DNA of 63,735 bases, counting the filler, from Octopus bimaculoides (Eukaryota), in the NCBI RefSeq assembly GCF_001194135.2. It is 9 parts of 6 records of this genome, joined end to end, with 100 filler letters (N's around TTAATTAATTAA, not from the genome) between each part and the next. Parts side by side here need not be neighbours in the genome. Positions count along the whole stretch, not along the records: positions 44,680 to 59,211 come from NC_068983.1; positions 59,312 to 61,836 come from NC_068983.1; positions 61,937 to 63,735 come from NC_068984.1; 6 more parts are not named here. One strand, 5' to 3'. Below are positions 50,064 through 63,735 of the stretch, piece after piece. The position numbers were made by a program, and so were the translations under genes. A model generated the notes under the pieces. It was given only the letters and a program-made list of their open reading frames with translations. It had not been told where the DNA came from and did not search any database. Every line of letters starts with the position of its first letter. Position 1 is the stretch's first letter.

Positions 50064-50319
50064 TAGAAAATAACGACAAAATTAGCTTTAAATATTTAAT
50101 TCAAATATAGTCTCATGATTGTAGTCATTTGGAAATCAACATTTGCAGTAGCAAGTTCATTTAGATGCCTAACCACAAAGGATCATCGGAAGCGAATTCT
50201 ATTGCATTATGATAAACGTGTGACGAGTTGGGTTTGTGTACGTGTGTGTGTGTGCCTCTGTGTGTGTGTTTACTCTCACTCATAGTCGCAAGATAGTCGT
50301 TTCCATTCCTTAACCGCGG

Positions 50320-50690
50320 GGTGAGCTGTGTTCTTGAGCAAAACACTTCATCTCACGTTAACCTGCAATCACATCCATAACTGCCGCGTGCTGTACTGTG
50401 CACCTGTTCAGGCAACGTCGATTTGATGGAGGGAATGAGCTAATGTACAGCACATACATTTGATAACTATAAAGACATCCTTTGTCCAAACACAAATGCA
50501 CAAACGTTCAAACCTAAATATATACATATGTGGCGAGCTTCTTTCAGTTTCTCAATGCAAAAGCCACTCGTAAGTCAATAATCGGCGCGAGACTTTAGTA
50601 GAAAAAACTTTCCCAACTTGAAACGCAATGGGACCAACCGGACGTCATGTGGTTGGGTAGTAAACTTCTAACTACATACCCATACCTTCT
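50320..50690. mobile_element. SINE B fragment (+, 50320-50490) adjoining SINE A head (-, 50530-50690)
   Basis: GTTCTTGAGCAAAACACTTCAT...GATTTGATGGAGGGA; then CTTCTTTCAGTTTC...CATGTGGTTGGG. Confidence 0.65.
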
Positions 50691-53359
50691 TCAATGATTG
50701 TAATTGAAATCAACTTCTATAAGTTGACAGGCAAATATGTTATTCACAAACTCGATGTAAATATAAGATACACACATTAACTCACAGCAATGGTGTGACA
50801 TTTCTAATGATCTTTCGAAGTGTCTTATACTGGTGGAATGCAACTTGTGTCGTTGCTTAAAAATTCCCAGTAATTTCTTCGAGCCATATAATATTGTTAC
50901 TCTTCTATCTTCAAAACTTTTGGAAAACTATGTTTAATGCATTTATTAGTTGATACATCCCAAGGAATTTTATGTTTGCATCAGTTTCTATTTCATCTGT
51001 TGTAGGCATTTTATTGGTTGTGACAGTCGCAACTCCATTTAATGTTTGCAAACAAAAAACGAAAATGAGAATACTTATGTTATCTTACGAAGAATTTCGA
51101 TACAGAGCAGATATTTCTACTGTCAAACTACATATCTAGACCACGTGTTTATTTCATTTTAAAATTGCCTCTATATTGATCATTAGTCTCCTTTCCTTTG
51201 AGGGATGATTCAACCAATACCGATCGAGTGCTTAACAGAATACAGACATGATTATTCCTGTCCGTGATAATTATGTCTATTAGGTTAGCCTTGTTTCCGT
51301 TATCATTATTCCGCATTGTGACTTAGATTATGATAGCAAAACCTTTGTTAAATAATCTGATTGATAGAATATGATAACACAGCTCATAAGCTTTCACACT
51401 GCATCATCCACAATAGATATGACTGTCAGGTCCATCATGTCTGAGTATAAAGGCATCATTTGAAATTATTATGCCTAAGAAGCGTTATCCACTATTGGTT
51501 TAGCACATTCAAAAGAGCATTGGAAAATGCCTTTAAATTTTTCTTCCGAATTTTTTCCTATCTGAGTTCAATTCTGTTCTTGATCAACTTCGCATTTGAA
51601 TAACTTCGGAGTTGATAAGATGTCACATATTAAACTGTTCGACTTACCACAGTAATACATTCATTGTAATAGAGTAGCTCATTCCACACAAAAATGCTGA
51701 CCTACTTTGTTGTAATTATGAGTGTTAAACCCTGGTCTACTTAGTTGTAATTATGAGTATCAAATCTGTTCTTTATGTTGTCTTCCAGCATATAATATGA
51801 AATGGGACCAAGAAAGCTTCACAGACCTAAGCTTTGCCGATTCTCTGGGACTCTTGGCTGAAATGAGAGATTTATAGTTTCAAGCTTACAGGGGTATATG
51901 GTATACACGTCATCGTAGACTACACCATTTTGTTGATAGAATAACATCGAAAAGCAGATGGCAGACTCGTAACCCTTTTAACATTGGTTTAGTTTTTAAA
52001 TATGTACTAACACGATTTGTGTTCGCTTCAATGTTTCAGATAAATAATGCTATATCCTCATAAAATATAACGAATGATAAAATACATTTTTTATATAATG
52101 AAACTACGGTTGCACGCTCTCAAATCAGTGCAAAATTATGAAATGTATTTCAGTCTATCGTGACATCTATATAACGATATATGATACTGATTGATGTTCT
52201 GTCCTGTGAAATGATTGTTATGAAGAAATCTTTCTTCATGAAATGAATATCATAAGACACAATATTAGCCATCAACCTAATACTGATACACAGTTATTAC
52301 AATCACGGCAGACCAAAACAAAACTAAAAGAAAATATTGCCAAACAATAATGTTACTTCTAAGCGAAACTCAACGAATCTCATTAGTGTTTGTCAGACAA
52401 ACTAAAGCTACAAAAACAATGAACGTTGACAGTTGTCCAAAAATGTCTAGTCACTAGCAGGAAGAAAAGAAAAGGTAACCGCAGACTAAATATGAAAAAA
52501 AAATGGAGAGAAAAAGAAGCAGACATTCACTATGATACGCGCCAAGAAAAATAAGTTAGAATAGCAGCAATACAGAAAAACGGTAAAATAGCAATGCACA
52601 GAAGGAAAAACACGAACGACGCTAAGAATCAGTAAAAAATATGAAAAAAGTTAAAATGCCATCATAGAAAATGTTTTCATTTCATCTACCAATCTTTGTT
52701 TTCTCGACAAACATATTCTGTTGCTGGAGTTTTTCAAAGAGATATATTTTCATTTTTTCCCCTCAAGTTACACAAAACCGCCTGGGACTATTGATTATTG
52801 TCCCTTTCATGAAATGATTATTCGAAAGACTTTTCAATCTGTTATCATACTGCATATTGTTGCTTTCTCTTTTACTTAACTTTATTTTGTATTATATAAT
52901 TTTTCATACTTTATATGAAGGGGAATTCGCAAATAGACATATACAGCAGGAGGAGAGATAACGAAATTGTCCATTCCTTACAATTTAGCAATATATTTTG
53001 GTTTATATATTGAATTATTCTTATATTTAGCAATCATCGTGTGCTATTCCGAGAAAGTCAAGGTATATATCATATGGAGTTATTTAGAAAGAATCAACTA
53101 TATTTATCAAGTTCCTAAAGTCTAAATGTTGTCAGTTATATTTATCTAAATAGATTCCTACTTCCATATGCGAGGAAAATGGAAATTGCACAAAAATCCC
53201 AAAAGATATGTTAAACTACTTATCCACTGCGTATCGCTCTTTCAGAAAGCTAAGAATCTTTTTGCACTCATGTATACATGTATATATGTATGTATATATA
53301 TATATTTATTTATTTATATGGATATATATGTGCATGTATATATACACACACATACCTAT

Positions 53360-53395
<36 letters not shown>

Positions 53396-53676
53396 TTGTA
53401 TAAACATATATGCACACGCACACACACACAGGCTCATATATATATATGTATATATATATATATGTATATANNNNNNNNNNNNNNNNNNNNNNNNNNNNNN
53501 NNNNNNNNNNNNNNNNNNNNNNNNNNNNNNNNNNNNNNNNNNNNNNNNNNNNNNNNNNNNNNNNNNNNNNNNNNNNNNNNNNNNNNNNNNNNNNNNNNNN
53601 NNNNNNNNNNNNNNNNNNNNNNNNNNNNNNNNNNNNATATATATATATCAATATACATTTATATATACACAGTTAA

Positions 53677-53707
<31 letters not shown>

Positions 53708-56700
53708 TGTATGTATGTATGTATGTATGCTTGCATGCATATATGCATGAATACAAGGACATATGTGATTAAATATTAATAGAGATTATCTCATACGAAA
53801 ATTCAGCGCTTCTGCATAAATTTATACGAAAGTTTGTAGCCAAATGCTAAAGGTGGAGTCCTCACTTTCAAGGCCATGGATTCGAGTCCTACACCAGAGG
53901 GGTGCATAGTATGCTTGAGTAATTTTGACTGTGGTAGACTTTACTGACTAGAAATTTAACACCCGCGGACTGCCGCTGCATTTTAATTTACCACCACTAG
54001 TCACCCTTTTGGTCCTGTATTGGTCATGTGTACGAAAGTTGAGAGTTTCTCTGTATCTGATTCTAGCTCTACAGGCACTTAAAAGCATTTACACGCTCTT
54101 TTGTTATGCACGCCTGCTCTGTGATCCTATGTACTGTATCGCTATAATATCCGTTTAATGATGAAGTCTTCAGTTATTTTCAAAATTATTATTCTTGCAA
54201 CACAGGTGTCCTTTAGGGTCTAGGTTGTAAAGATTTAATAACATGAGCATATAATTCATCTATATATATACAGTACAGCTTTATATATATAGTGCAAATT
54301 ACATACACTTTAATAACAATCATGGCTGTTATAAGACGAGTTACTTATTTTTATCTTTCGATATCATTTATTTTCGGAAATGAGGTGTATAATTTTGTAA
54401 TAAATCAATATTCTATAAGGTTTGATCGGATACTTTGATATAGACGTTGAGGTATGTGTATATTAACGATTATTGAAGATATGAAGATTTATTACCCCCA
54501 TTTGGTCCCATTTGCCTAAAAATGGGTCCGTTGTCAATCGCACAATATTACGTATGTTATGAACAGAATACATGTATGACGTGTGTTCAAAATGGTATGC
54601 GGTGTTAAAGGATGTCTTTGAATGCACAATTTAGTTATTGATATTTCAATTAAGAGATAGAATTTCATTTTGATCAGAATATTATATTGACCATTAATGT
54701 CCTCTACAAATATCCCAACTTACGTTCTTACTCTCAGGCTGATATATAACAATATTTCTGTTTCATTAAATATATGCAGGGCTGAAAGTTATTTTCAATT
54801 AAAGCTGACCCACTATAAGATATGGGTGGATCATTCAATTTTCTGATATATGTCTCCTCAAATTTCAGGCTATTTGTTCGTCTTATTCGCAAAATGTGAA
54901 CTTTTGGCAATTTTTATATATTGACTAAACTCCATAACGATTTCTATGATTCACTTAGCCGGGATGACTGCTCGTTGATACAGAGTTTGTGCAACGCTTC
55001 TTGCAGAATGTGATTTACCAGTAATATATCTACCGAACATTAACTGTTATAATCTTTTGAGGTTTTAGATCCAGAGCATTGTATGCCATAGTAAGTATGA
55101 AAAAAACTTGCCAAAAATCATATTCCCTGGTGCGCCTGCGTGGATGAGAATTGTGCTCTACAGATTTTGAACAATTAAATGGTATATTGACTAAAAATTT
55201 GAGTGAACATGTTTCCACCTGGATGCCATATCAAGTCGTTCAAAATCATATAATATATTAATATTGATGTTGCAAAGTAGTACTGAAGAAATGACACACT
55301 ATCTAATAATATATAATTTGGTGACGTATGTCTTTAAGCTGTATAGAGCTATTTTGCAAAACGAAACATTATAAAACATGATATTTTGCATACTGATCTT
55401 TACAATTAATTAGAAAATAATCGACATGACATGTAATATTAGTTTCCCTTTATTTAACTTTTAAATAGATTGGAATTTTTAAATAGAGAGGATTTTTTAC
55501 TGGTTTATTAACGTGTTTCAAGTCCTAGGAACAATGGACATCATTAAATTTATACATGATAATTTACATTGCATTAAAATGATTAACACTACGATGTACT
55601 CACAGTACTAGATTCATTCCTGATGTTTTCATACATTTTTAGAAGAGGCCGTGACTAGCATACTGAACATATTCTCTTTCGCGGATTACCATGGGGCATT
55701 TAGACAATGTCTGCAGTACTACAATAAGTGCATTTAAGTAAGACGGTCCTAGATCGAAGGCGATTACGGTTTTGTACTACTTTGAAAATAAGAAATGTTT
55801 TGAAGCCATCCTGAAATTCTAGAATGAACCACGTAATGCCGATTTCTTTATTCTCTACTCCTCAATGACAATAAACTTATGTCTTGAGAGCTTACCGTTT
55901 CGATGTAGCTCTATTTTCGTTTATGGAAACGAAATATTTACTGATTTTGTTTGCAATGCATTTTTCGTTATAACGTACATACAGAAACATTTCAATTGCC
56001 AACTCAAACTATATTCAGACACTTTTCCAATCGGATTTTATAATCAGCTGAAAACTGTCAAAATACGACATTTTACATTATAATCTTCTTGAAGACTATT
56101 ATGGAAACTGTTTCATGTACATGTCCGAGAATATATTCACTTATAACTATAATAGTTTACATAATGTATATTCTTTAGGCTGTACGAATATTCCCGGAAG
56201 ATTTTTTCTTATAATATTTATATCATATTTATATTAGCATCAACATGTAAAAAAATTCTACTAAAAATCTTACAACAATGTGGAGCTTAGAGGAAGTAAC
56301 TCTCTCATAAGTTCAGTTAAATATGGCCTACCGGCTGCAGTTGTCGTGAAGTTGTATGATAAAATGTAGCTAAAATATTTTGCATAATATGCAATATAAA
56401 TGCATACAAGTTGTTGGAGGAATAGGCATATGAGAAGTTATAGAATAGCACCTTATAGTATAAAATCCTTTTATCTTGCAACAAACCTTCATATACCTGT
56501 GACACTAAATTTGTGAAGCAGCTATATCTAAGAAATTTATGATGTATAGTCTTAATTATATATTTTTTGTGAAGTGAATATACGAGCCCACGCGTGGATC
56601 ATATATATACAATTATGTACATAAAAGACAACGGTTATATGAGAAAATAATTATACGCAAATATCGTTTTTATAGAATTTATAATTTCAATATTTAAAGA

Positions 56701-56916
56701 TCATTATATTCTTAGAATTCATTTCAGGTTTTCATCTGTGTGTGTTATTATGGATATGCGCATATGTTTCTGTAGTAGGTAACCCATATATATATGTGTG
56801 TATATATATANNNNNNNNNNNNNNNNNNNNNNNNNNNNNNNNNNNNNNNNNNNNNNNNNNNNNNNNNNNNNNNNNNNNNNNNNNNNNNNNNNNNNATATA
56901 TATATGTGTGTGTGTG

Positions 56917-56949
<33 letters not shown>

Positions 56950-57239
56950 GTGTTTGTGTGTGTGTGTGATTGTATGTGTGTGTGTGTACCTACTACATAT
57001 GTGGGAAATTATGTCTGTGAGTGTGTTTGTGGAGTTGTTAGCTAACTCCTACATCGTTTTATTGATTTTGATGAAACTTAACACGTGTGTGTAGAACTCA
57101 TATCTGGAAACCTCATGGCTTATTCAGATTGTTGACATGCTTAGTATGTCCATTGATTAATTATAATCCCTCGGCTATCTTGAATGCTATTTTTGGGCCA
57201 GCAGTCGCCTGTATCGTTGATTTTGTTATTATTATTCAT

Positions 57240-57364
57240 AAACTAGTGGAGCCTTAGGTGTTTTCGCTCAATAAACACTCACAACGCCCGGTCTGGGAAT
57301 CGAAATCGCGATTCTACGACCGCGAGTCCGCTTCCCTGACCACTCGACCATTGCGCCTCCACGG
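57240..57364 (-). mobile_element. tRNA-derived SINE head (family D)
   Basis: Minus strand GGAGGCGCAATGGTCGAGTGGTCAGGG...GATTTCGATTCCCAGACCGGGCGTTGTGAGTG with A and B boxes. Confidence 0.75.
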
Positions 57365-57817
57365 TTATTAATCGTGTGTCCTCCTGACGGTTATTAATCG
57401 TATGTCTTCTTGCTCTTGCAAATTTTGTAATGTGCTTTTGAAATTAATCGAGTTCGTTTTGCTGCAATTCTTTAAAAAAATATTAATATTAAATGAAGTA
57501 AGATCCTAGTTGTTCGATTGAAGCATTGCAGTACAGAAGAATAAATGAAATGTGAAATAAGGACGGCTTCTAACGATGCAGAACGTTATAAAATCCTATA
57601 TATTTTGGGGCCAACGGCCTATTTTCAGAAGAATGCAGTCAAAGAGATGGGTATTTGTAGGAACCTTGCCATTTTCGATAGTCCGGTGCTTGTCCTGGTA
57701 GCAGTAGTTCCCAAGTGCCTGAGGCACTTGGGATGGCAATGTGGGGGCGATGAGGACTGTTTGTAGATTGGCCGCAGTAGTAGTGAAGGCCGTTGTCCTT
57801 TATTATGATTGCTGTGA

Positions 57818-57818
57818 C

Positions 57819-57885
<67 letters not shown>

Positions 57886-57927
57886 TTGGCAGAAGCAGCA
57901 GTAGCACTAGCAGTAGCAGGAGTAGTG

Positions 57928-57993
<66 letters not shown>

Positions 57994-57995
57994 AT
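57818..57995. repeat. (TAG)n microsatellite with interruptions
   Basis: Directly visible. Confidence 0.95.
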
Positions 57996-59154
57996 AGTAG
58001 TAGGTGATGGCGTTGTCTACATCGGTGTGGCTGGCGATGGTGGTAGTGGAAAGTGTCGTGGTATTATTGGGCGATGACGTTGGCGGTAATGTTGTTGTAG
58101 TGGTCGTAGGCAAGGTGGTTGACGGTGATAAGAAGTTAACATTCCTCTCGCAGCAGGCAATAGCAGAGGTGGAGGCTGTGGTGACCTTGAAAATGTAGCT
58201 GGTAGACAACTGTGCTAATCCCTGTCATAATGATGAAGATGTTGGCGTTGCTGCGGTGGTGTAGGGAGTGTTCATTCAGTGGTTTCCCCACCATTGCTGC
58301 CAGAATAAACTGTCCGCAGCACCATCATCACCAGCACCACCGTCTCTAGTGTGACCTCTAGAACACCCGCTATCCCAGCGTTTGGGAAGCTGCTGCTGCT
58401 AGTACAGACACCAGACTATCCAAAATGACAGGATCTATAATGTAAATACACACTTTGTGTTTCCCGGAAAGTAGGCCTTTGCGCCTGAAATATAAAAGGT
58501 TTTGTTAAACTTTCTCCATTATCAGATATCCTTATTTCCCATTTCAAATATTAAATATTCTGTTTTCAGCCAACTGATACTAAAAGCATTATTTCTTTAC
58601 TATGATGAACAGCGAAATATGTAATTGGTATCTCTTTTCGCTTCGATTTCCTGTTTATACAAAGGTAGCGGATAGTTGAAACAATGCAATTGAAAGTAGT
58701 GCTTTTATTACACTAATGAACCATGGAATTAGTATGTTTTTGTACTTGTATAAATATTTAGCGTGGTGTATTTGAATATGGCAATATATTTTCATATTGA
58801 CGACAAACCACTTTTGTAGGGAGGATCTATGTGCATACCAAATAATGACAGCCTCCTCATCTTACGCTGTTACCTGCTTACTTTGTTACAAGAGATTACC
58901 CGTCTGCTAACCTCAGGTTTTATACACACTTCCACTTTAGTCCCCTCTTTAATCTTGTCCTTCAGCCATTCGAATTGTCCTATTTGCTTTGTATCGCAGG
59001 TTTCTCTCGTTATTCGCATACCCAGGTTTGCCTTCATATTTCATGTAGCTTAAGTTTTGTGACGTCCTATACCCATATATGCATATATATATTTAAGTAT
59101 GTACATATATGTATATATGCATATATATATATGTGTGTGTGTATATATATCTAA

Positions 59155-59187
<33 letters not shown>

Positions 59188-59311
59188 GTATATATATATA
59201 TGTATATATATNNNNNNNNNNNNNNNNNNNNNNNNNNNNNNNNNNNNNNNNNNNNTTAATTAATTAANNNNNNNNNNNNNNNNNNNNNNNNNNNNNNNNN
59301 NNNNNNNNNNN

Positions 59312-59353
<42 letters not shown>

Positions 59354-59619
59354 TATATATATATATATATATATACATCTATATACATATATATATAAAA
59401 GCTGATATGCGTGAGTGTGAGCACCTATATGATGGAATGTTACACTAATTAGTAGTGATTCACTACTGTACAAGTATCAGAGAATCTCTCATAAGACTAA
59501 CTATTTGAGAATCACTTATTGATTGAATTACTACATTCCCTACCTGTTGTATGGAACAAAATATTTTAATTATGGTCTCTCAGTTGAGTACGTAGTTTCA
59601 TATACACGTATGTGAGTGG

Positions 59620-59653
<34 letters not shown>

Positions 59654-59780
59654 ATGTATTGTGCGTACGTGCGTGCTTGTGCGTGCGCGCGTGTATATAT
59701 ATATGCGTATGTGTATGTTAGTGTGGATGTGTATCTGTTTATCTAACATGAAACAGATATGTCTGTATATATTTATATAC

Positions 59781-59814
<34 letters not shown>

Positions 59815-59869
59815 CTGTGCATATGCGTGTGTATTTGAATATATCTGTCCACATCAGTATAGATATATA

Positions 59870-60420
59870 CGTGGGTGTGTGATAAGACGTTTGCTCCCGA
59901 ACCACATGATTCCGAGTTCACTCCCACTATGTGGCACCTTCGTCAAGCATCTTCTACTATAGCCTCGGTACGACAAAATCTTTGTGAATGCATTTGGTGG
60001 ACGGTAATTAAAATATATATATATACATACACAAGAGAAAACTGTCTTCAACAGGCAGTTTTTACACGCTAGAAGTAGTCAAAAACGACCAGAACCACAT
60101 TTTAAGAGCAATATTCAAAATGAGTAAAAAATAAAAACTTCTACCTTGTTATTTTATTCTGGTCAGACCTAGCTTTCTAAACTTTATATATACATATATA
60201 TATATAAATATATATGAGCGAGTGTGGTGTTTGGTGGGTCGTATCAGGGTTTGTCGCCTACCGCCGTTTGAGAACTTGGCGTTCGTGGATTTGTATCACA
60301 GTGATTAAGTTGTTCGGCTAAACTGACCAATAGAATAAGCAGTAGGCTTCAAAAACCCTAACTAATGGGGTCGATTTAACCGACAAAAATCCTTTAAAAC
60401 ACTGCCCCTGCATGACTAGA
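59870..60420 (+). mobile_element. SINE family A, degenerate, with expanded internal spacer
   Basis: Head AACCACATGATTCCGAGTTCACTCCCACT...TCTTCTACTATAGCCTC; tail AATAGAATAAG...GGGGTCGATTT. Confidence 0.65.
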
Positions 60421-60441
60421 ACAAGCCTATAGATACTATGC

Positions 60442-60525
<84 letters not shown>

Positions 60526-60912
60526 CTATATGTATATGTATGTATATATATATATACATAATATGTGTGTGTGTATGTGTGTATTTATATATACACATAT
60601 GTATTGATAGAAAGTCAATATATATATACAAGTGTTATACACATGAATTCACGTAGTATGCACATATATGTAAATATGTATGTATATATATATATATATA
60701 TNNNNNNNNNNNNNNNNNNNNNNNNNNNNNNNNNNNNNNNNNNNNNNNNNNNNNNNNNNNNNNNNNNNNNNNNNNNNNNNNNNNNNNNNNNNNNNNNNNN
60801 NNNNNNNNNNNNNNNNNNNNNNNNNNNNNNNNNNNNNNNNNNNNNNNNNNNNNNNNNNNNNNNNNNNNNNNNNNNNNNNNNNNNNNNNNNNNNNNNNNNN
60901 NNNNNNNNNNNN

Positions 60913-60961
<49 letters not shown>

Positions 60962-61447
60962 ATATGTATATGTATATATGTACAGTATATATATTTATTA
61001 TATATGTATATCTATACGTACGTAACTACGTACGAATACACACGTGCATGTGTAGCTACACACGTATATGCGTATGTTTATGAGGGTGAGCGTGTAGATA
61101 TTTTTGTGTGTGAATGTGTGGGTGTACGTGTGCTTGAGGATACGTGCATCATTGGATTGCGTTATGATTAAGTGTTCCACCTCGGTTTGGTGCACATCCG
61201 GGTTTGGTTTCACAGTTTACTGGTTTGCGAAACTCACTACCACTAACTATATACTACAAATCCCGGAATTGCTAAACACTGTGATTTATAAACACTTAAC
61301 TGTGTGTGTGTGTGTGTTTGTGTGTGTGTTTGTGTGTGTGTTTGTGTGTGTGTGTGTGTGGCTGTGTGAGTGAATGTGTGTGTGTGTTTGTTTGTTTGTG
61401 TGTGTGTGTGTGTGTGTAGCTAAATAGATAGATAGCAAGATAGATAT

Positions 61448-61795
61448 TTTTCTTGTTTCAGTCATTTGACTGCAGCCATGCTGGAGCACCACCTTTAGTC
61501 GAAGAACTCGACCCCAGGACTTATTTATTGTAAGCTTAGTTCTTATTCTGTCGGTCTCTTTGCCGAGTCGTTAAGTTACGGGGATGTAAACACCCCAACA
61601 TCGGTTGTCAAGTGATGGTTGGGAGACAAACACACAAATGCATACATAAGTATTACGACGGGCTTTTTCTCAGCTTCCATCTGCGAAATCTACTCAAAAG
61701 AACTTGGTCGGCCCGAAGCTATAGCAGAAGACACTCACCGAAGGTGTCATCAGTAGGCCTGAACCCGAATCCATCTAACTACCAGCCACTCCTAC
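61448..61795 (-). mobile_element. SINE family A
   Basis: TTGTTTCAGTCATTTGACTGCAGCCATGCTGGAGCACC...GCTATAGCAGAAGACACT. Confidence 0.82.
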
Positions 61796-61803
61796 ACACA
61801 CAC

Positions 61804-61836
<33 letters not shown>

Positions 61837-61936
61837 NNNNNNNNNNNNNNNNNNNNNNNNNNNNNNNNNNNNNNNNNNNNTTAATTAATTAANNNNNNNN
61901 NNNNNNNNNNNNNNNNNNNNNNNNNNNNNNNNNNNN

Positions 61937-61967
<31 letters not shown>

Positions 61968-62553
61968 ACATACATATATATCCACATACATATATATACG
62001 TACATACATATATGTGTGTGTGTGTGTGTGTGTATATAGATAGAAATATATGTATGTATATACATATATGTATGTATAAATATATATACCCACATTGACC
62101 CTGTATGTATGTATGTATGTATGTATGTATGTATGTATAACTCATGCCAGTATTCAGCGTTTGAAAGCTGATTATCGAAGAGCCGTGAAACTTGAATCTC
62201 GACAAACAGAAACCATTTTGAATAGACAGTACTGATGTAAAATTGTGTGTAATTGTGTGTGCGTGTATATATAGGTGTGTGTGTGTGTGAGTGTGTGCGT
62301 GTGTGTGTGTGTGCTTATGTTTGTATGCGTGTTTACAAATGAAAGACAAATCTATCAATGCGTAGCAATGCAATGGAAATCTATCAATGCAATGGAAATC
62401 ATTCGGCGATTAAGTTCACAATGATGTAAGCCTGGATTTGATTTCACATCCATATGCACTCGCTCACACACCATGAACACACTTTTGTATTATCATATAT
62501 ATATACATATATATATATACAGACACTACCGCAGTCACGCCCCAGTCTCCGCG

Positions 62554-62587
<34 letters not shown>

Positions 62588-62592
<5 letters not shown>

Positions 62593-63068
62593 TTTTATTC
62601 TTTTACTTGTTTCAGTCATTTGACTACGGCCGTACTGGAATGCCGCTTTCAGTCGAACAAATCGACCCCAGGAATTATTCTTTGTAAGCCTAGTACTTAT
62701 TCTATCGGTCTTTCAGGCCGAACCGCTGGTTCACCGGAACGTAAACATTCCAACATCGATTGTCAAGCAATGGAGTGGAGACAAACACAGAGATAAACAC
62801 ATGCACATAGACATACACACATAGACACACATACACACATGTACACGACAGGCTTCTTTCAGTTTCCGTCTAACAAACCCACATACAAGGCTTTGGTCGG
62901 CTTGGGGCTATATTAGAAGGCACTGAGTTCAAATTCCACCGAGGTCGAACTTTGACTTTAATCCTTTCGGGATCGATAATTTAAGTACCAGTTACATACT
63001 GGAGTCGATCTAATCGACTGGCCTCCTCCCAAAATATTTCGGGCCTTCTGTCTAGAGTAGAAAAGAAT
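62588..63068. mobile_element. SINE A (-, 62588-62924) joined to OR-like SINE (+, 62925-63068)
   Basis: Family A ends at ...AGAAGGCACT and continues directly into GAGTTCAAATTCCACCGAGGTCG...TCTAGAGTAGAAAAGAAT. Confidence 0.82.
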
Positions 63069-63491
63069 AAATTTGACATACAGCATCCAGTTGTCACTAT
63101 AAGGTCACAATTGGTAGGTTTACTCAATCGATCCATTCCTCAGTTGTGAAAAGAACTACCGAAAAATTAATGCTATTGTCTTCCGAGTGTATGGTTATAG
63201 TTGCCCGGATTAATAATCTAACATGAATAACTCAGTTATTTATTTTATTATTATGCTATTTGTTTCAGTCATTTGTCTGCGGCCATGCTGGTGCACACAT
63301 ATATTCATAGTAACGGTCTTGGGGTAATTCTGTAGCTTTAATAAAAGCATATTACTCTACCTTTGTATTCAAGTACTATTTTCTCGTGCTTGTTTTGCAC
63401 TTAAGTGCTCACCCGTATACATAAACACATACACACACACACATATATATATACATACATTCTTATATATATATATACATACTTTCTTATG

Positions 63492-63541
<50 letters not shown>

Positions 63542-63564
63542 TTCATACTTACTTTTATATATAT

Positions 63565-63724
63565 AAGCAATGGAGTGGAGACAAACACAGAGATAAACAC
63601 ATACACATAGACATACACACATAGACACACATACACACATGTACACGACAGGCTTCTTTCAGTTTCCGTCTAACAAACCCACATACAAGGCTTTGGTCGG
63701 CTTGGGGCTATATTAGAAGGCACT
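63565..63724 (+). repeat. 160-bp near-exact copy of 62765-62924 inserted in a (TA)n tract
   Basis: One mismatch seen (ATGCACATAG vs ATACACATAG); offset exactly 800 bp; TATATA on both sides. Confidence 0.9.
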
Positions 63725-63735
63725 TATATATATAT

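Noticed and set aside
53833-53900. tRNA-like sequence with A and B boxes
   Set aside because: Cloverleaf stems do not pair; a degenerate SINE head. No true tRNA gene is supported in the window.
57907-58486. Strong minus-strand acceptor (TTTATATTTCAG near 58486) before a Thr/Ser-rich mucin-like stretch
   Set aside because: All three frames stop within 40 codons of the acceptor; the Thr-rich part is trinucleotide-repeat derived.
3016-63646. Numerous ORFs of poly-V, poly-H, CV/YI/TH repeats or X runs
   Set aside because: Translations of microsatellites and N gaps; no coding signal.
1-63735. CRISPR array or prokaryotic operon
   Set aside because: No repeat-spacer arrays or dense gene runs; eukaryotic repeat landscape.

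Overview
AT-rich eukaryotic draft-assembly window with many N gaps and abundant microsatellites, dominated by transposon remnants. The tRNA-derived SINE families, microsatellite load and gap tags point to a cephalopod, probably Octopus (inference, no search run). No host gene can be named confidently. Recognisable content: a full-length decayed Tc1 element with a DD36E triad; a DD37D (maT) element carrying a nested palindromic mariner derivative; LINE remnants of the RTE, CR1/L2, R4/Dong-like and HERO-like groups; a Penelope-like element (RT + C-terminal GIY-YIG); a HINE/DINE-1-like element; probable solo LTRs; and more than 25 SINE copies. Most interesting: (1) minimal type I hammerhead ribozyme motifs, one with every core nucleotide and helix in place (28231-28288); (2) a candidate two-exon, 69-aa secreted prepropeptide with KR/GRR sites on the minus strand (25638-24934); (3) a young-looking, GC-rich RTE LINE that resembles nematode RTE-1. 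Most ORFs in the supplied track are microsatellite or N-run artefacts. All family assignments are by eye from protein or sequence motifs.
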